Shown here: positions 7,842 through 17,159 of the stretch, piece by piece
Layout of the letters: every line of letters starts with the position of its first letter
How positions within the stretch are numbered: position 1 is the first letter of the stretch
Source of the DNA: Planotetraspora thailandica
GTDB lineage: Bacteria > Actinomycetota > Actinomycetes > Streptosporangiales > Streptosporangiaceae
Direction: 5' to 3'
Assembly: GCF_016863335.1 (NCBI RefSeq)
Contig: NZ_BOOR01000055.1
Location: 70,855 to 94,854 of the forward strand
Length of the DNA: 24,000 nt
Program-made: the position numbers and the translations under genes
The notes under the pieces: model-generated
Databases searched by the model: none
What the model saw: the letters and a program-made list of their open reading frames with translations, nothing else
What the model was told of the DNA's origin: nothing

Positions 7842-8858
7842 ATGGTCGTGTCCGCCACGTCCCGGCCCGGCGGGGGACGGGGATCCGGAGACCCGGGGGG
7901 GCCTCCACCACCAGCCGGAGGTGGGAGGGGCCGGGTCACCCCCCGGCTCTGGGTGAGGCTGCGCCGTCTCGGCCTGCCGTACCTGCTGATCCTGCCCGCC
8001 CTCGTGCTGGAACTGCTCGTCCACCTGATCCCGATGGTGATCGGGATCGGCATGAGCTTCATCAAGCTCACCCAGCTCTACATTCGGAACTGGTCGGCGG
8101 CCCCGTCCGCGGGGTGGTCGAACTACCACCTGGCGGTGGACTTCAACGCCCCCGTCGGCCGCGCGCTGCTCCACTCGTTCTTCGTGACGATCCTGTTCAC
8201 CGTGATCACGGTCGCGCTGTCCTGGTTCTTCGGGGTGGCCGGAGCCGTGCTGATGCAGGGGGAGTTCCGCGGGCGGGGCGTCCTGCGGGCGTTGTTCCTC
8301 GTGCCGTACGCGCTGCCCGTCTACGCCGGTGTGATCACCTGGAGCTTCCTGCTGCAGCGTGAATCGGGGCTCGTCAACCACGTGCTGGTGGACCAACTGC
8401 ACCTGTTCGGCGACAAGCCCTTCTGGCTCATCGGGTCGAACAGCTTCATCTCCATCATCGTGGTGTCGTTGTGGCGCTGGTGGCCGTTCGCCTTCCTGGT
8501 GCTGATGGCCGGCCTGCAGAACATCCCGCGGGACCTGTACGAGGCGTCGGCGATCGACGGCGCGGGATGGATGCGGCAGCTGCGCTCGGTCACGCTCCCG
8601 ATGCTGCGGCCGGTCAACCAGGTGCTCGTCCTGGTCCTGTTCCTGTGGACCTTCAACGACTTCAACACGCCGTACGTGTTGTTCGGTAAGACGGCGCCCC
8701 AAGAGGCGGACCTGATCTCGATCCACATCTACCAGAGTTCGTTCGTCACCTGGAACTTCGGAACCGGCTCGGCCATGTCCGTGCTGCTCCTGCTGTTCCT
8801 GCTGCTGGTCACGGCGGTCTACCTGGTGATCACCTCGCGGAGGAGGAGCGATGCGTGA
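7842..8858 (+). CDS. Sugar ABC transporter permease (CUT1, MalF/CebF-like)
   Basis: ATG 7842 is preceded by GGAAGGA (7830-7836). The protein has a Gly/Pro-rich cytoplasmic N-terminus, multiple TM segments and the EAA loop YEASAIDGAGWMRQLRSVTLPMLRP. The track start (7803) is possible but lacks an RBS. Confidence 0.88.
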   Translation: MVVSATSRPGGGRGSGDPGGPPPPAGGGRGRVTPRLWVRLRRLGLPYLLILPALVLELLVHLIPMVIGIGMSFIKLTQLYIRNWSAAPSAGWSNYHLAVDFNAPVGRALLHSFFVTILFTVITVALSWFFGVAGAVLMQGEFRGRGVLRALFLVPYALPVYAGVITWSFLLQRESGLVNHVLVDQLHLFGDKPFWLIGSNSFISIIVVSLWRWWPFAFLVLMAGLQNIPRDLYEASAIDGAGWMRQLRSVTLPMLRPVNQVLVLVLFLWTFNDFNTPYVLFGKTAPQEADLISIHIYQSSFVTWNFGTGSAMSVLLLLFLLLVTAVYLVITSRRRSDA

Positions 8859-9690
8859 CCCCAAATGGCTGAAGTGGGTGCGCATCATCGGACTCGGCCT
8901 GCTCGGCCTGTTCACGGTGACGCCGATCTACGTGATGATCACATCGTCGATCAAGCCGCTGAAGGACGTCCAGGGGGACTTCCACTGGATCCCCACGACG
9001 ATCACCTTCAGCGCCTTCCGCGACATGTGGTCGACGGTTCCCCTCGCGCACTACTTCGTCAACAGCGCCATCGTGTCGAGCATTGCGTCGGTCGTCTCGG
9101 TCGTGGTCGCGATCTTCGCGGCCTATGCCGTCAGCCGCTTCCGGTTCGCCGGGCGCAGGGCCTTCTCGATCACGGTTCTGTCGACCCAGATGTTCCCCGG
9201 CATCCTGTTCCTGCTGCCGCTCTTCTTGATCTACGTGAACCTCGGCACCGCGATCGGCGTGGACCTGTACGCCAGCCGCACCGGTCTGATCATCACGTAT
9301 CTGACGTTCTCGCTGCCGTTCTCGATCTGGATGCTGGTCGGCTACTTCGACTCCATCCCCGTCGCGCTCGACGAGGCAGCCAAGGTCGACGGCAGCGGGC
9401 CGGTCGGCGCGCTGATCCGCGTCGTCATCCCCGCCGCGACCCCCGGCATCATCGCCGTCCTCATCTACGCGTTCATGAGCGCGTGGGGTGAGGTGCTGTT
9501 CGCCTCGGTCATGACCGACGAGTCGAGCAGAACGCTCGCCGTCGGCCTGCAGGGATACGCCACACAGAACAACGTGTACTGGAACCAGATCATGGCGGCC
9601 TCGCTGGTCGTCAGCATCCCGGTGGTGGCCGGGTTCCTGCTGCTCCAGCGCTACCTCGTGCAGGGCCTCACCGCGGGCGCGGTCAAGTGA
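8851..9690 (+). CDS. Sugar ABC transporter permease (CUT1, MalG/CebG-like)
   Basis: 279 aa. The start overlaps the upstream stop (ATGCGTGA at 8851-8858). The EAA loop is [26 protein letters not shown], and the profile suggests six TM segments. Confidence 0.92.
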   Translation: MRDPKWLKWVRIIGLGLLGLFTVTPIYVMITSSIKPLKDVQGDFHWIPTTITFSAFRDMWSTVPLAHYFVNSAIVSSIASVVSVVVAIFAAYAVSRFRFAGRRAFSITVLSTQMFPGILFLLPLFLIYVNLGTAIGVDLYASRTGLIITYLTFSLPFSIWMLVGYFDSIPVALDEAAKVDGSGPVGALIRVVIPAATPGIIAVLIYAFMSAWGEVLFASVMTDESSRTLAVGLQGYATQNNVYWNQIMAASLVVSIPVVAGFLLLQRYLVQGLTAGAVK

Positions 9691-9752
9691 CCCGTCCCGG
9701 TCCGCACGGCACGACCGATCACCACACCACTCTTACCAAGGAGAACGGCATC

Positions 9753-11126
9753 ATGGAGCCGCATCGGGGGGACGGCCCGGATCTCACGGCCTTCCCGGAC
9801 GACTTCGTCTGGGCAGTGGCCACCTCGGCCTACCAGATCGAGGGCGCCGTCGACGAGGACGGCCGGCTGCCGTCCATCTGGGACACCTTCAGCCGCGTCC
9901 CCGGCGCGACCGACGGGGGCGACACGGGCGACGTGGCCTGCGACCACTACCACCGGTGGCAGGAGGACGTCGGCCTGATCAAGCAGCTCGGCGTGGACGC
10001 CTACCGGCTGTCGATCGCCTGGCCGCGGGTCGTGCCCACGGGCTCGGGCGCGGTCAACGCCAAGGGACTGGCCTTCTACGACCGGCTCGTCGACGCCCTG
10101 CTCGAGGCCGGCATCCGGCCGTTCGTGACGCTCTACCACTGGGACCTGCCGCAGGCGCTCCAGGACGAGGGCGGCTGGCCCCGGCGGGACACCGCCTATC
10201 GCTTCGCCGACTACGCCACCGCCGTGGCCGAGGCGCTCGGCGACCGCGTCACCGACTGGACCACGCTGAACGAGCCGCTGTGCAGTTCGTGGATCGGCCA
10301 CCTCGAGGGCGCGATGGCGCCGGGCCTGCGGGACCTCGAGGCGGCCGTGCGCACGTCGTACCACCTGCACCTGGGCCACGGGCTGGCCACGCAGGCGATC
10401 CGCGCCGTCGCCAAGAAGACGCCCTCCGTCGGCATCGTCAACAACCTCAGCCCGATCGTGCCCGCCACGGACAGCGACGCGGACCGCGCCGCCGCCCTGC
10501 GCATGGACGGTCACGTCAACCGGTGGTGGCTCGACCCGATCCTGGGCCGGGGCTACCCGGAGGACATGGTCCAGGTGTACGGCGTCGACCTGCCGATCCA
10601 GGACGGCGACCTGGAGACGATCGCCCAGCCGCTCGACTACCTGGGGCTGAACTACTACTTCCGGCAGATCGTGACCGACGACCCCGAGGGTCCCGCGCCG
10701 TACGCGCGGCAGGTGCCGGTGCCGGGCGCGACGACCACCGCCATGGGCTGGGAGGTCAACGCGGACGGCCTGGAGCAGCTGCTGCTCCGCCTGACCCGCG
10801 AATACGGCGCAGAGCGGATCTACATCACCGAGAACGGCTCCGCCTGGGACGACAAGGTCACCGCCGAGGGGGCCGTCGACGACCCCGAGCGGATCGCGTA
10901 CCTCGAGGACCACCTCGCCGCGTGTGCGAGGGCCGTCCGTCAGGGCGCTCCTCTGGCCGGGTACTTCGCCTGGTCGCTCATGGACAACTTCGAGTGGGCA
11001 TACGGCTACGCGAAGCGGTTCGGCCTGATCCACGTCGACTACGACACCCAGGTCAGGACCATCAAGGCCAGCGGTCACCGCTACGCCGAGCTGATCCGCG
11101 CCGCCAAGGGCCTGCACGCGGGCTGA
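9753..11126 (+). CDS. GH1-family beta-glucosidase (BglC-like)
   Basis: ATG 9753 is preceded by AAGGAGA (9738-9744). GH1 hallmarks are present: [15 protein letters not shown], acid/base TLNEP, nucleophile YITENG, and the C-terminal [15 protein letters not shown]. Confidence 0.95.
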   Translation: MEPHRGDGPDLTAFPDDFVWAVATSAYQIEGAVDEDGRLPSIWDTFSRVPGATDGGDTGDVACDHYHRWQEDVGLIKQLGVDAYRLSIAWPRVVPTGSGAVNAKGLAFYDRLVDALLEAGIRPFVTLYHWDLPQALQDEGGWPRRDTAYRFADYATAVAEALGDRVTDWTTLNEPLCSSWIGHLEGAMAPGLRDLEAAVRTSYHLHLGHGLATQAIRAVAKKTPSVGIVNNLSPIVPATDSDADRAAALRMDGHVNRWWLDPILGRGYPEDMVQVYGVDLPIQDGDLETIAQPLDYLGLNYYFRQIVTDDPEGPAPYARQVPVPGATTTAMGWEVNADGLEQLLLRLTREYGAERIYITENGSAWDDKVTAEGAVDDPERIAYLEDHLAACARAVRQGAPLAGYFAWSLMDNFEWAYGYAKRFGLIHVDYDTQVRTIKASGHRYAELIRAAKGLHAG

Positions 11127-11157
11127 CGTCAGCCCGCTTCGTGATCAGTGAGGCATC

Positions 11158-11207
11158 GGTGCGCGTGCCCGCCTTCCTCCAGGTAGGCCGGGGCGGGCAC
11201 GCGCGCC
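11158..11207 (+). terminator. Strong stem-loop downstream of the beta-glucosidase gene (intrinsic-terminator candidate)
   Basis: Perfect 13-bp inverted repeat GCGCGTGCCCGCC (11161-11173) / GGCGGGCACGCGC (11192-11204), extendable by 2-3 pairs, with an 18-nt loop. There is no U-tract, which is common in actinobacteria. Confidence 0.5.
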
Positions 11208-11232
11208 ACGCGAAAGAAAGGTCAGAACTCCA

Positions 11233-12252
<1,020 letters not shown>

Positions 12253-12298
12253 CGACGCCGGACCGGTGAACGACGCCCGCAAGGGGTCTCCTGTCCGT

Positions 12299-12346
12299 AC
12301 GGCCACGGCATCCCCTCTCCACGCCGGAGGGGGACGCCGTGGCCGT
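12299..12346 (+). terminator. Long hairpin downstream of the aldo/keto reductase (terminator candidate)
   Basis: ACGGCCACGGC (12299-12309) pairs perfectly with GCCGTGGCCGT (12336-12346). There is also an inner CCCCTC/GAGGGG stem. Confidence 0.5.
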
Positions 12347-12428
12347 CGTGCGTTGGGCCTGATGGGACGCAAGTTCCCGGGGTGATGTTCCACCTTTGCC
12401 GATGCTTTTGTACGCTATGCGACGTTCA

Positions 12429-12447
12429 TTAGGTAAGCCTTACTTTA
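12429..12447 (+). promoter_or_regulatory. IdeR/DmdR-type iron box (operator) upstream of the siderophore-uptake operon
   Basis: TTAGGTAAGCCTTACTTTA matches the 19-bp consensus TWAGGTWAGSCTWACCTWA at 18 of 19 positions. It ends 21 nt before the ATG at 12469. Confidence 0.75.
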
Positions 12448-12468
12448 GTGAGGCGAGAGGGGAACGGC

Positions 12469-13431
12469 ATGCAACGGCATCGCACCCGGCGGGGCGGCGC
12501 ACTTTCCTGGCTGGCGGCGCTCGCGGCGGCGCTGATGGCGACCATGGTCCTCGCGGCCTGTTCCGGCAGCGGGTCCTCGGCTGCGCCGTCCGGCGACACG
12601 CATGCCGTGAAGCACGTGCTCGGCACCACCGAGGTTCCCGGCAAGCCGAAGCGCGTCGTCGCGCTCGAATACTCCTTCGTCCAGGCCCTGGACCAGCTCG
12701 GCGTCACCCCGGTCGGCATCGCCGACGACAACGCGTCCGACCGCATCCAGCAGCTGCTCGGCAAGAAGATCAGCTACACGTCCGTCGGCACGCGCCTGGA
12801 GCCCAACCTGGAGCTGGTGAGCAGCCTCAAGCCCGACCTGATCATCGCCGACTCGACCCGGCACGCCAAGATCTACAAGCAGCTCAGCGCGATCGCCCCG
12901 ACCATCGTGCTCAACAGCTGGGAGGGCAGCTACCAGGAGATCAAGGACGGGGTCGTCACCATCGCCGACGCCCTGGGCGACCGCGCCGCCGGCGAGGCGG
13001 TCGTGCGCAAGCACGAGGAGACCATGGCGGCCCTGGCCGCGCAGATCCCCAAGGGGGAGAAGCGCACCTTCATGCTGACCGTCTCGACGCCCGACTCCAT
13101 GACGCTGCACACCTCCACGTCCTTCACCGGGTCGGTGTTCCAGACCCTCGGTCTCACCCCCGCGGTCCAGTCCGACAAGCCGCAGGAGTCGGGCGCCGGT
13201 CTGGAACGGGTGGCGGCCGTGAACCCCGACGTGCTGCTCGTCGCCATCGACGGCTCGGGCACCGCGTACGACCAGTGGAAGGACACCGCCACCTGGAAGG
13301 GCATCTCCGCTGTGAAGAACAACCAGGTCTACGTGGTCGACCGCAACCAGTTCTCCCGCTTCCGCGGCCTCGGCACCGCCGAGGTGATCGCCAAGACCGT
13401 GCTGAAGAACGTCTACCATGTCGACGCCTGA
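12469..13431 (+). CDS. Fe(3+)-siderophore ABC transporter substrate-binding lipoprotein (FhuD/FepB-like, cluster A-2 SBP)
   Basis: ATG 12469 is preceded by GAGAGGGGA. The signal peptide has the lipobox LAAC (…MATMVLAACSGS). PKRVVALEYSFVQALDQLGVTPVG and KPDLIIAD segments are typical of siderophore-binding proteins. The gene lies in an operon with FecCD permeases. Confidence 0.9.
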   Translation: MQRHRTRRGGALSWLAALAAALMATMVLAACSGSGSSAAPSGDTHAVKHVLGTTEVPGKPKRVVALEYSFVQALDQLGVTPVGIADDNASDRIQQLLGKKISYTSVGTRLEPNLELVSSLKPDLIIADSTRHAKIYKQLSAIAPTIVLNSWEGSYQEIKDGVVTIADALGDRAAGEAVVRKHEETMAALAAQIPKGEKRTFMLTVSTPDSMTLHTSTSFTGSVFQTLGLTPAVQSDKPQESGAGLERVAAVNPDVLLVAIDGSGTAYDQWKDTATWKGISAVKNNQVYVVDRNQFSRFRGLGTAEVIAKTVLKNVYHVDA

Positions 13432-14452
13432 CACGGCTGCGCCACCGCGATCGGCCCCGGCACGCTCTGCCCACGCGGCGGACCTGGGGCCGATCCTGGT
13501 CCTGACGGCACTGCTGGCGGCCGGAGTGGTCGCCAGCGTGTGCGTCGGGGCCTCCGGCCTGCCCTTCGCCCGTGCCGTGCACGGGCTTTTCGTCTGGGAC
13601 GGCTCAGCCGACCACGCCCTCGTGCTCGACGTACGGCTCCCGCGCGCGGTGCTCACCGTGCTGGTGGGGGCCAACCTCGCCGTCGCCGGCCTGATCGCCC
13701 AGACGCTCACCCGCAATCCGCTGGCCTCCCCGCAGACCTTCGGCATCAATGCCGGCGCCTCCGTCGCGATCGTCCTGGTCGCCGTCGCCCTGCCCTCCCT
13801 GGGCGGGGCGGGCCTGGTCGTGCCCGCCTTCGCGGGAGCGGCCGCCGTCGGCGCGATCATGTGGTTCCTCTCGGTGTCCGGCGCGGTGACCACCGTCGGG
13901 CTCGCCTTGGCCGGCGTCACCCTGCAACTGGTGCTCACGGCGCTCGTGCAGGCGCTGCTCATCATGAGCAACACCACCCAGGACATGGTGTTCTGGCTCG
14001 CGGGCTCGGTCACCGGGGCGGACTGGTCGAAGGTCGCGGTGATCCTGCCGTTCACGCTCGTCTGCTGCGCGGTCGTGCTGCTGGCCGGCCGGCATCTCGG
14101 TCTTCTCCAACTCGACGTCATGACGGGCGGCTCGCTCGGCCAGAACACCCGCCGCGTCGCCGGGCTGGCCTCCGCGCTGGTGGTGCTGCTCGCGGGGTCG
14201 GCGGTCGCGGTCAGCGGCCCCGTCGGCTTCGTCGGGCTGATCGTCCCGCACATCGTGCGCCGCCTGCCCGGCGGCGGCGACCTGCGCCGCCTCGCCGTGC
14301 TCTGCATGGTCGGCGGCCCGGTGCTGCTCGTGTGCGCCGACCTCGCCGGCCGGGTCGTCGCCTTCCCCCAGGAACTGCCGGTCGGCATCGTGACCGCACT
14401 GATCGGGGCCCCGTCGTTCGTCTTTCTCGCGGTGAGGCAGCGCCACAGATGA
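13418..14452 (+). CDS. Fe-siderophore ABC transporter permease (FecCD family)
   Basis: 344 aa and highly hydrophobic. It carries the FecCD signature region LTRNPLASPQTFGINAGAS and the C-terminal PVGIVTALIGAPSFVFL. The start overlaps the upstream gene by 14 nt. Confidence 0.92.
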   Translation: MSTPDTAAPPRSAPARSAHAADLGPILVLTALLAAGVVASVCVGASGLPFARAVHGLFVWDGSADHALVLDVRLPRAVLTVLVGANLAVAGLIAQTLTRNPLASPQTFGINAGASVAIVLVAVALPSLGGAGLVVPAFAGAAAVGAIMWFLSVSGAVTTVGLALAGVTLQLVLTALVQALLIMSNTTQDMVFWLAGSVTGADWSKVAVILPFTLVCCAVVLLAGRHLGLLQLDVMTGGSLGQNTRRVAGLASALVVLLAGSAVAVSGPVGFVGLIVPHIVRRLPGGGDLRRLAVLCMVGGPVLLVCADLAGRVVAFPQELPVGIVTALIGAPSFVFLAVRQRHR

Positions 14453-15516
14453 CGCCACCGATGAAGCCACCGGCGACCCCGCCCATGACGCCTCCGGCGG
14501 CTCAGGCTCCGACCCCGCCCACGGCCGGACCCCGGCCGGCCCGAATACTGCTGGCCTGCACGGCGGCGCTGACCCTGCTCGTCCTCATCGCCCTGGTGAG
14601 CATCGCGCGGGGCGCCGTCTCGTTGTCGTTGTCCGACGTCGTCGACGGCCTGACCGGCGGCTCCAACGCGTTCATCGTGCAGGAGTACCGGCTGCCGCGT
14701 GTGCTCGTTGCGATCCTCGCGGGTGGCGCGCTCGCGATCGCCGGCGTGTTCCTCCAGGCCGCCATGCGCAACCCGCTCGCCTCGCCCGACGTGGTCGGGC
14801 TCAGCAAGGGCGGCGGCGTCGGCGCGACGGTCGCGGTCATGCTCGCCTCTCCCGCGTCGCAGGTGTGGGCCGTGCCCCTCGGCGTGCTGGCCGGGACCAC
14901 CCTCACCGCGGCCGCGCTGCTGGTGATCAGCCGGAGAATCGGCGCAAGCACGGTGACGCTGGTGCTGGTCGGGGCGGCCCTGGCCGCGCTGGCGGGCGCG
15001 GCCATCGAATACCTCCTCGTGCGCGAGCCGCAGAGCGCCGACCAGGCCCTGGTGTGGCTGGCGGGCAGCGTGTACGGCAGCGACCGCTCCGACGTGACCG
15101 CCCTGCTGGTCTGGCTGGCGGTGTGCCTTCCCCTCGTCGTCGTGGCGACGCGCGCGGCCGACCTGGCCGGATTCGGCGACGACAGCATCGTCAGCCTGGG
15201 CGGCCATCCCGTGCGCGTGCGCGCCACGCTGATCATCGCGGCCGTGCTGCTCACCGCGGGCGCCGTGACGAGTGTGGGCGGAATCGGGTTCCTCGGGTTG
15301 CTGGCCCCCCACCTGGCCCGGTTCGCCGTCGGGTCGCGCGCACGCCACCTCGTGCCGATGTCGGCCGTCACCGGGGCGCTGATCCTGTGCCTCGCCGACT
15401 TCGTCGGCCGGGTCGTCGCACTGCCCAACGAGATCCCAGCCGGCATCGTGGCGGTCGTCGTCGGCGGGCCCTACCTGTTGTTCCTCCTCATCCGGGAGAC
15501 CAGAAAGCATGCCTGA
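14449..15516 (+). CDS. Fe-siderophore ABC transporter permease (FecCD family), second subunit
   Basis: The track ORF 13540..15516 is a run-on in this frame. The real start is ATG 14449, overlapping the upstream stop (ATGA at 14449-14452). The protein has a Pro/Thr-rich N-terminus followed by FecCD motifs (MRNPLASPDVVGLSKGGG, IPAGIVAVVVGGPYLLFLL). Confidence 0.9.
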   Translation: MTPPMKPPATPPMTPPAAQAPTPPTAGPRPARILLACTAALTLLVLIALVSIARGAVSLSLSDVVDGLTGGSNAFIVQEYRLPRVLVAILAGGALAIAGVFLQAAMRNPLASPDVVGLSKGGGVGATVAVMLASPASQVWAVPLGVLAGTTLTAAALLVISRRIGASTVTLVLVGAALAALAGAAIEYLLVREPQSADQALVWLAGSVYGSDRSDVTALLVWLAVCLPLVVVATRAADLAGFGDDSIVSLGGHPVRVRATLIIAAVLLTAGAVTSVGGIGFLGLLAPHLARFAVGSRARHLVPMSAVTGALILCLADFVGRVVALPNEIPAGIVAVVVGGPYLLFLLIRETRKHA

Positions 15517-16351
15517 CCACCACGGCGCGCACGGGCTCGGCGCCCGCGGCCTGTCCACCGGCTACGGCAGCGCCGTGGTCCTCGGCGACGTGACCCTCGA
15601 CGTGCCCGAAGGCAGGATCACCGCCCTGATCGGCGCCAACGGCTGCGGCAAGTCCACCCTGCTGCGCACCCTGGGACGCGCCCTCGACCCGCTCGGCGGC
15701 ACGGTGCTGCTCGACGGCGAGGACATCGCCACCCGGCCCCGGCGCGCCGTCGCCCGGCTGCTCGCCCTCCTGCCGCAAAGCCCGCTCGCCCCGGAAGGTC
15801 TGACCGTACGGGAGTTGTGCGGTTTCGGGCGGCATCCGCATCGGGGGATGTTCTCCCGTGACACGGCCGACGACCAGGCGGCCGTCGCACACGCGCTGAC
15901 GGCGGCCGGGCTGGACGATCTGGCCGACGTGCCGCTGCACCGCCTGTCCGGCGGGCAGCGCCAGCGCGCCTGGATTGCCATGGCCCTGGCCCAGGAGACC
16001 CCGATCATGCTGCTGGACGAGCCGACCACCTATCTCGACATCGCCCACCAGCTCGACGTGCTCAACCTGCTGGCCGAGCTGAACCAGACCCAGGGGCGGA
16101 CCGTCGTCATGGTGCTGCACGACCTCAACCAGGCGGCGCAGTACGCCCATCATCTGATCGCGGTGGCGGGAGGCCGGGTCCACGCCACGGGCAGCCCCGA
16201 CGAGTTGCTCACTCCCGAGCTGATCCGGGCCGTCTTCGGCGTCGAGGCCGTGGTGGTCCCGCACCCGGTGACCGGCACGCCTCTGTGCCTGCCGATCGCG
16301 ACAGGGCGCGCGGCCGAAGAGGGCGCCGACCCCGCCGAGGTGGGCGGCTGA
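15509..16351 (+). CDS. Fe-siderophore ABC transporter ATP-binding protein (FepC/FecE/FhuC-like)
   Basis: 280 aa with Walker A GANGCGKST, signature LSGGQRQR, Walker B IMLLDEPTTYLD and H-loop VLHDLN. The start overlaps the upstream stop (ATGCCTGA). Confidence 0.93.
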   Translation: MPDHHGAHGLGARGLSTGYGSAVVLGDVTLDVPEGRITALIGANGCGKSTLLRTLGRALDPLGGTVLLDGEDIATRPRRAVARLLALLPQSPLAPEGLTVRELCGFGRHPHRGMFSRDTADDQAAVAHALTAAGLDDLADVPLHRLSGGQRQRAWIAMALAQETPIMLLDEPTTYLDIAHQLDVLNLLAELNQTQGRTVVMVLHDLNQAAQYAHHLIAVAGGRVHATGSPDELLTPELIRAVFGVEAVVVPHPVTGTPLCLPIATGRAAEEGADPAEVGG

Positions 16352-16535
16352 ACCGGTCGCCCACCCGGTGCCGGCGACCATGCCGGGGACCGCACTCCCC
16401 GTCTGCTCGCCTCGCCCGGGTGGGCGCGGATGAGGCGCCCTCCCGCGGTCGGCGACCGCAAGGGGCAGATCCTCTCCGTTGCCGGCCACCCCGGGTCGTC
16501 GCCGGCCAGCCTCGCCTGTGGCAGGTGATGTGCCG

Positions 16536-16563
16536 GGGTGAGTGACGCTGCGGACGTCACCCC
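16536..16563. terminator. GC-rich hairpin just outside the left end of the IS element (possible bidirectional or orphaned terminator)
   Basis: GTGACG (16542-16547) pairs with CGTCAC (16555-16560) around a 7-nt loop. An outer GGG/CCC extension spans a 3-nt bulge. Confidence 0.35.
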
Positions 16564-16651
16564 ATAAGTGTCTGACAATATTGCTTGCAGTTCATCCGAT
16601 TTCGCGGTTCAGATGACTTTTGCCGGTCTTCAGCCTCATCGAGCGAGGAAC

Positions 16652-16671
16652 CCCGGGCGTTTACGTCCGGG
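16652..16671 (+). repeat. Left-end (LE) subterminal hairpin of the IS200/IS605 element
   Basis: CCCGGGCG-TTTA-CGTCCGGG forms an 8-bp stem (one G.T pair at position 6) with a TTTA tetraloop. It is preceded by CATCGAGCGAGGA (16637-16649). Confidence 0.75.
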
Positions 16672-16708
16672 AGGCGTCGCTTCCCTAACCTGGGCTTGTG
16701 TCCGGATG

Positions 16709-17141
16709 TCAGTCCGGGTGCTTTTGGTTGTCGATGTGCTCCTTGATGATCGACAGCGGAGCTCCTCCGCAGGAGGCGGCGAAGTAGGACGGGGACCAGA
16801 AATGGCCGCCCCACAGATACTTGCTGATATGGGCCGGGTACTCCTTGCGCAGCAACCGGGCCGAGACTCCTTTGAGGCTGTTGACCAGGCCGGACAGTGC
16901 GATCTGGCGGGGTAGTGGACCAGGAGATGGACATGGTCATGCTCGCCGTTGAACTCCACCAGCGTCGCGCCGAAGCTGTCGCACACCTCGATCATGATGT
17001 CTTCGCAGTGGCGCAAGATCTCGTCGGTGAATACCTTCTGCCGGTATTTGGGCGGGAGACCAAATGGGCGTGCGGGTTGTGGATGGCACTACGGCCTCGT
17101 CGAATATCGGGTTCGGTTTCCAGCCCGGTGACATGGGCCAA
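16709..17141 (-). pseudogene. tnpA: IS200/IS605 TnpA (Y1/HUH transposase) pseudogene, disrupted by two frameshifts
   Basis: Minus-strand homology is split over three frames. These read ...RRGRSAIHNPHAHLVSRP, then KYRQKVFTDEILRHCEDIMIEVCDSFGATLVEFNGEHDHVHLLVHYPA (HUH motif HVH), then QIALSGLVNSLKGVSARLLRKEYPAHISKYLWGGHFWSPSYFAASCGGAPLSIIKEHIDNQKHPD* (stop at 16709-16711). Frame changes occur near 17050-17060 and 16905-16912. The start (TTG 17141) is uncertain. Confidence 0.8.
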
Positions 17142-17159
17142 ACGGTAGTTTGTTCGATT

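Noticed and set aside
6357-11117. Long antisense or off-frame ORFs over the sugar operon (6357..7814-, 7839..8915-, 9651..11117-, 9956..11284+ and several shorter ones)
   Set aside because: Their composition is low-complexity (R/P/G/D/H-rich) and they carry no motifs. Each overlaps a plus-strand gene with strong family signatures, so they are shadow ORFs.
13540-14448. N-terminal 303 codons of track ORF 13540..15516 (658 aa)
   Set aside because: This part is out of frame relative to the first FecCD permease and is Arg/Pro-rich. The second permease starts at ATG 14449, which overlaps the upstream stop.
12445-15558. 1037-aa ORF on the minus strand spanning the whole siderophore-uptake operon
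   Set aside because: It is extremely Arg/Pro/Gly/Ala-rich with no recognisable domains. It lies antisense to four plus-strand genes that have clear ABC transporter motifs. This is a classic high-GC shadow ORF.
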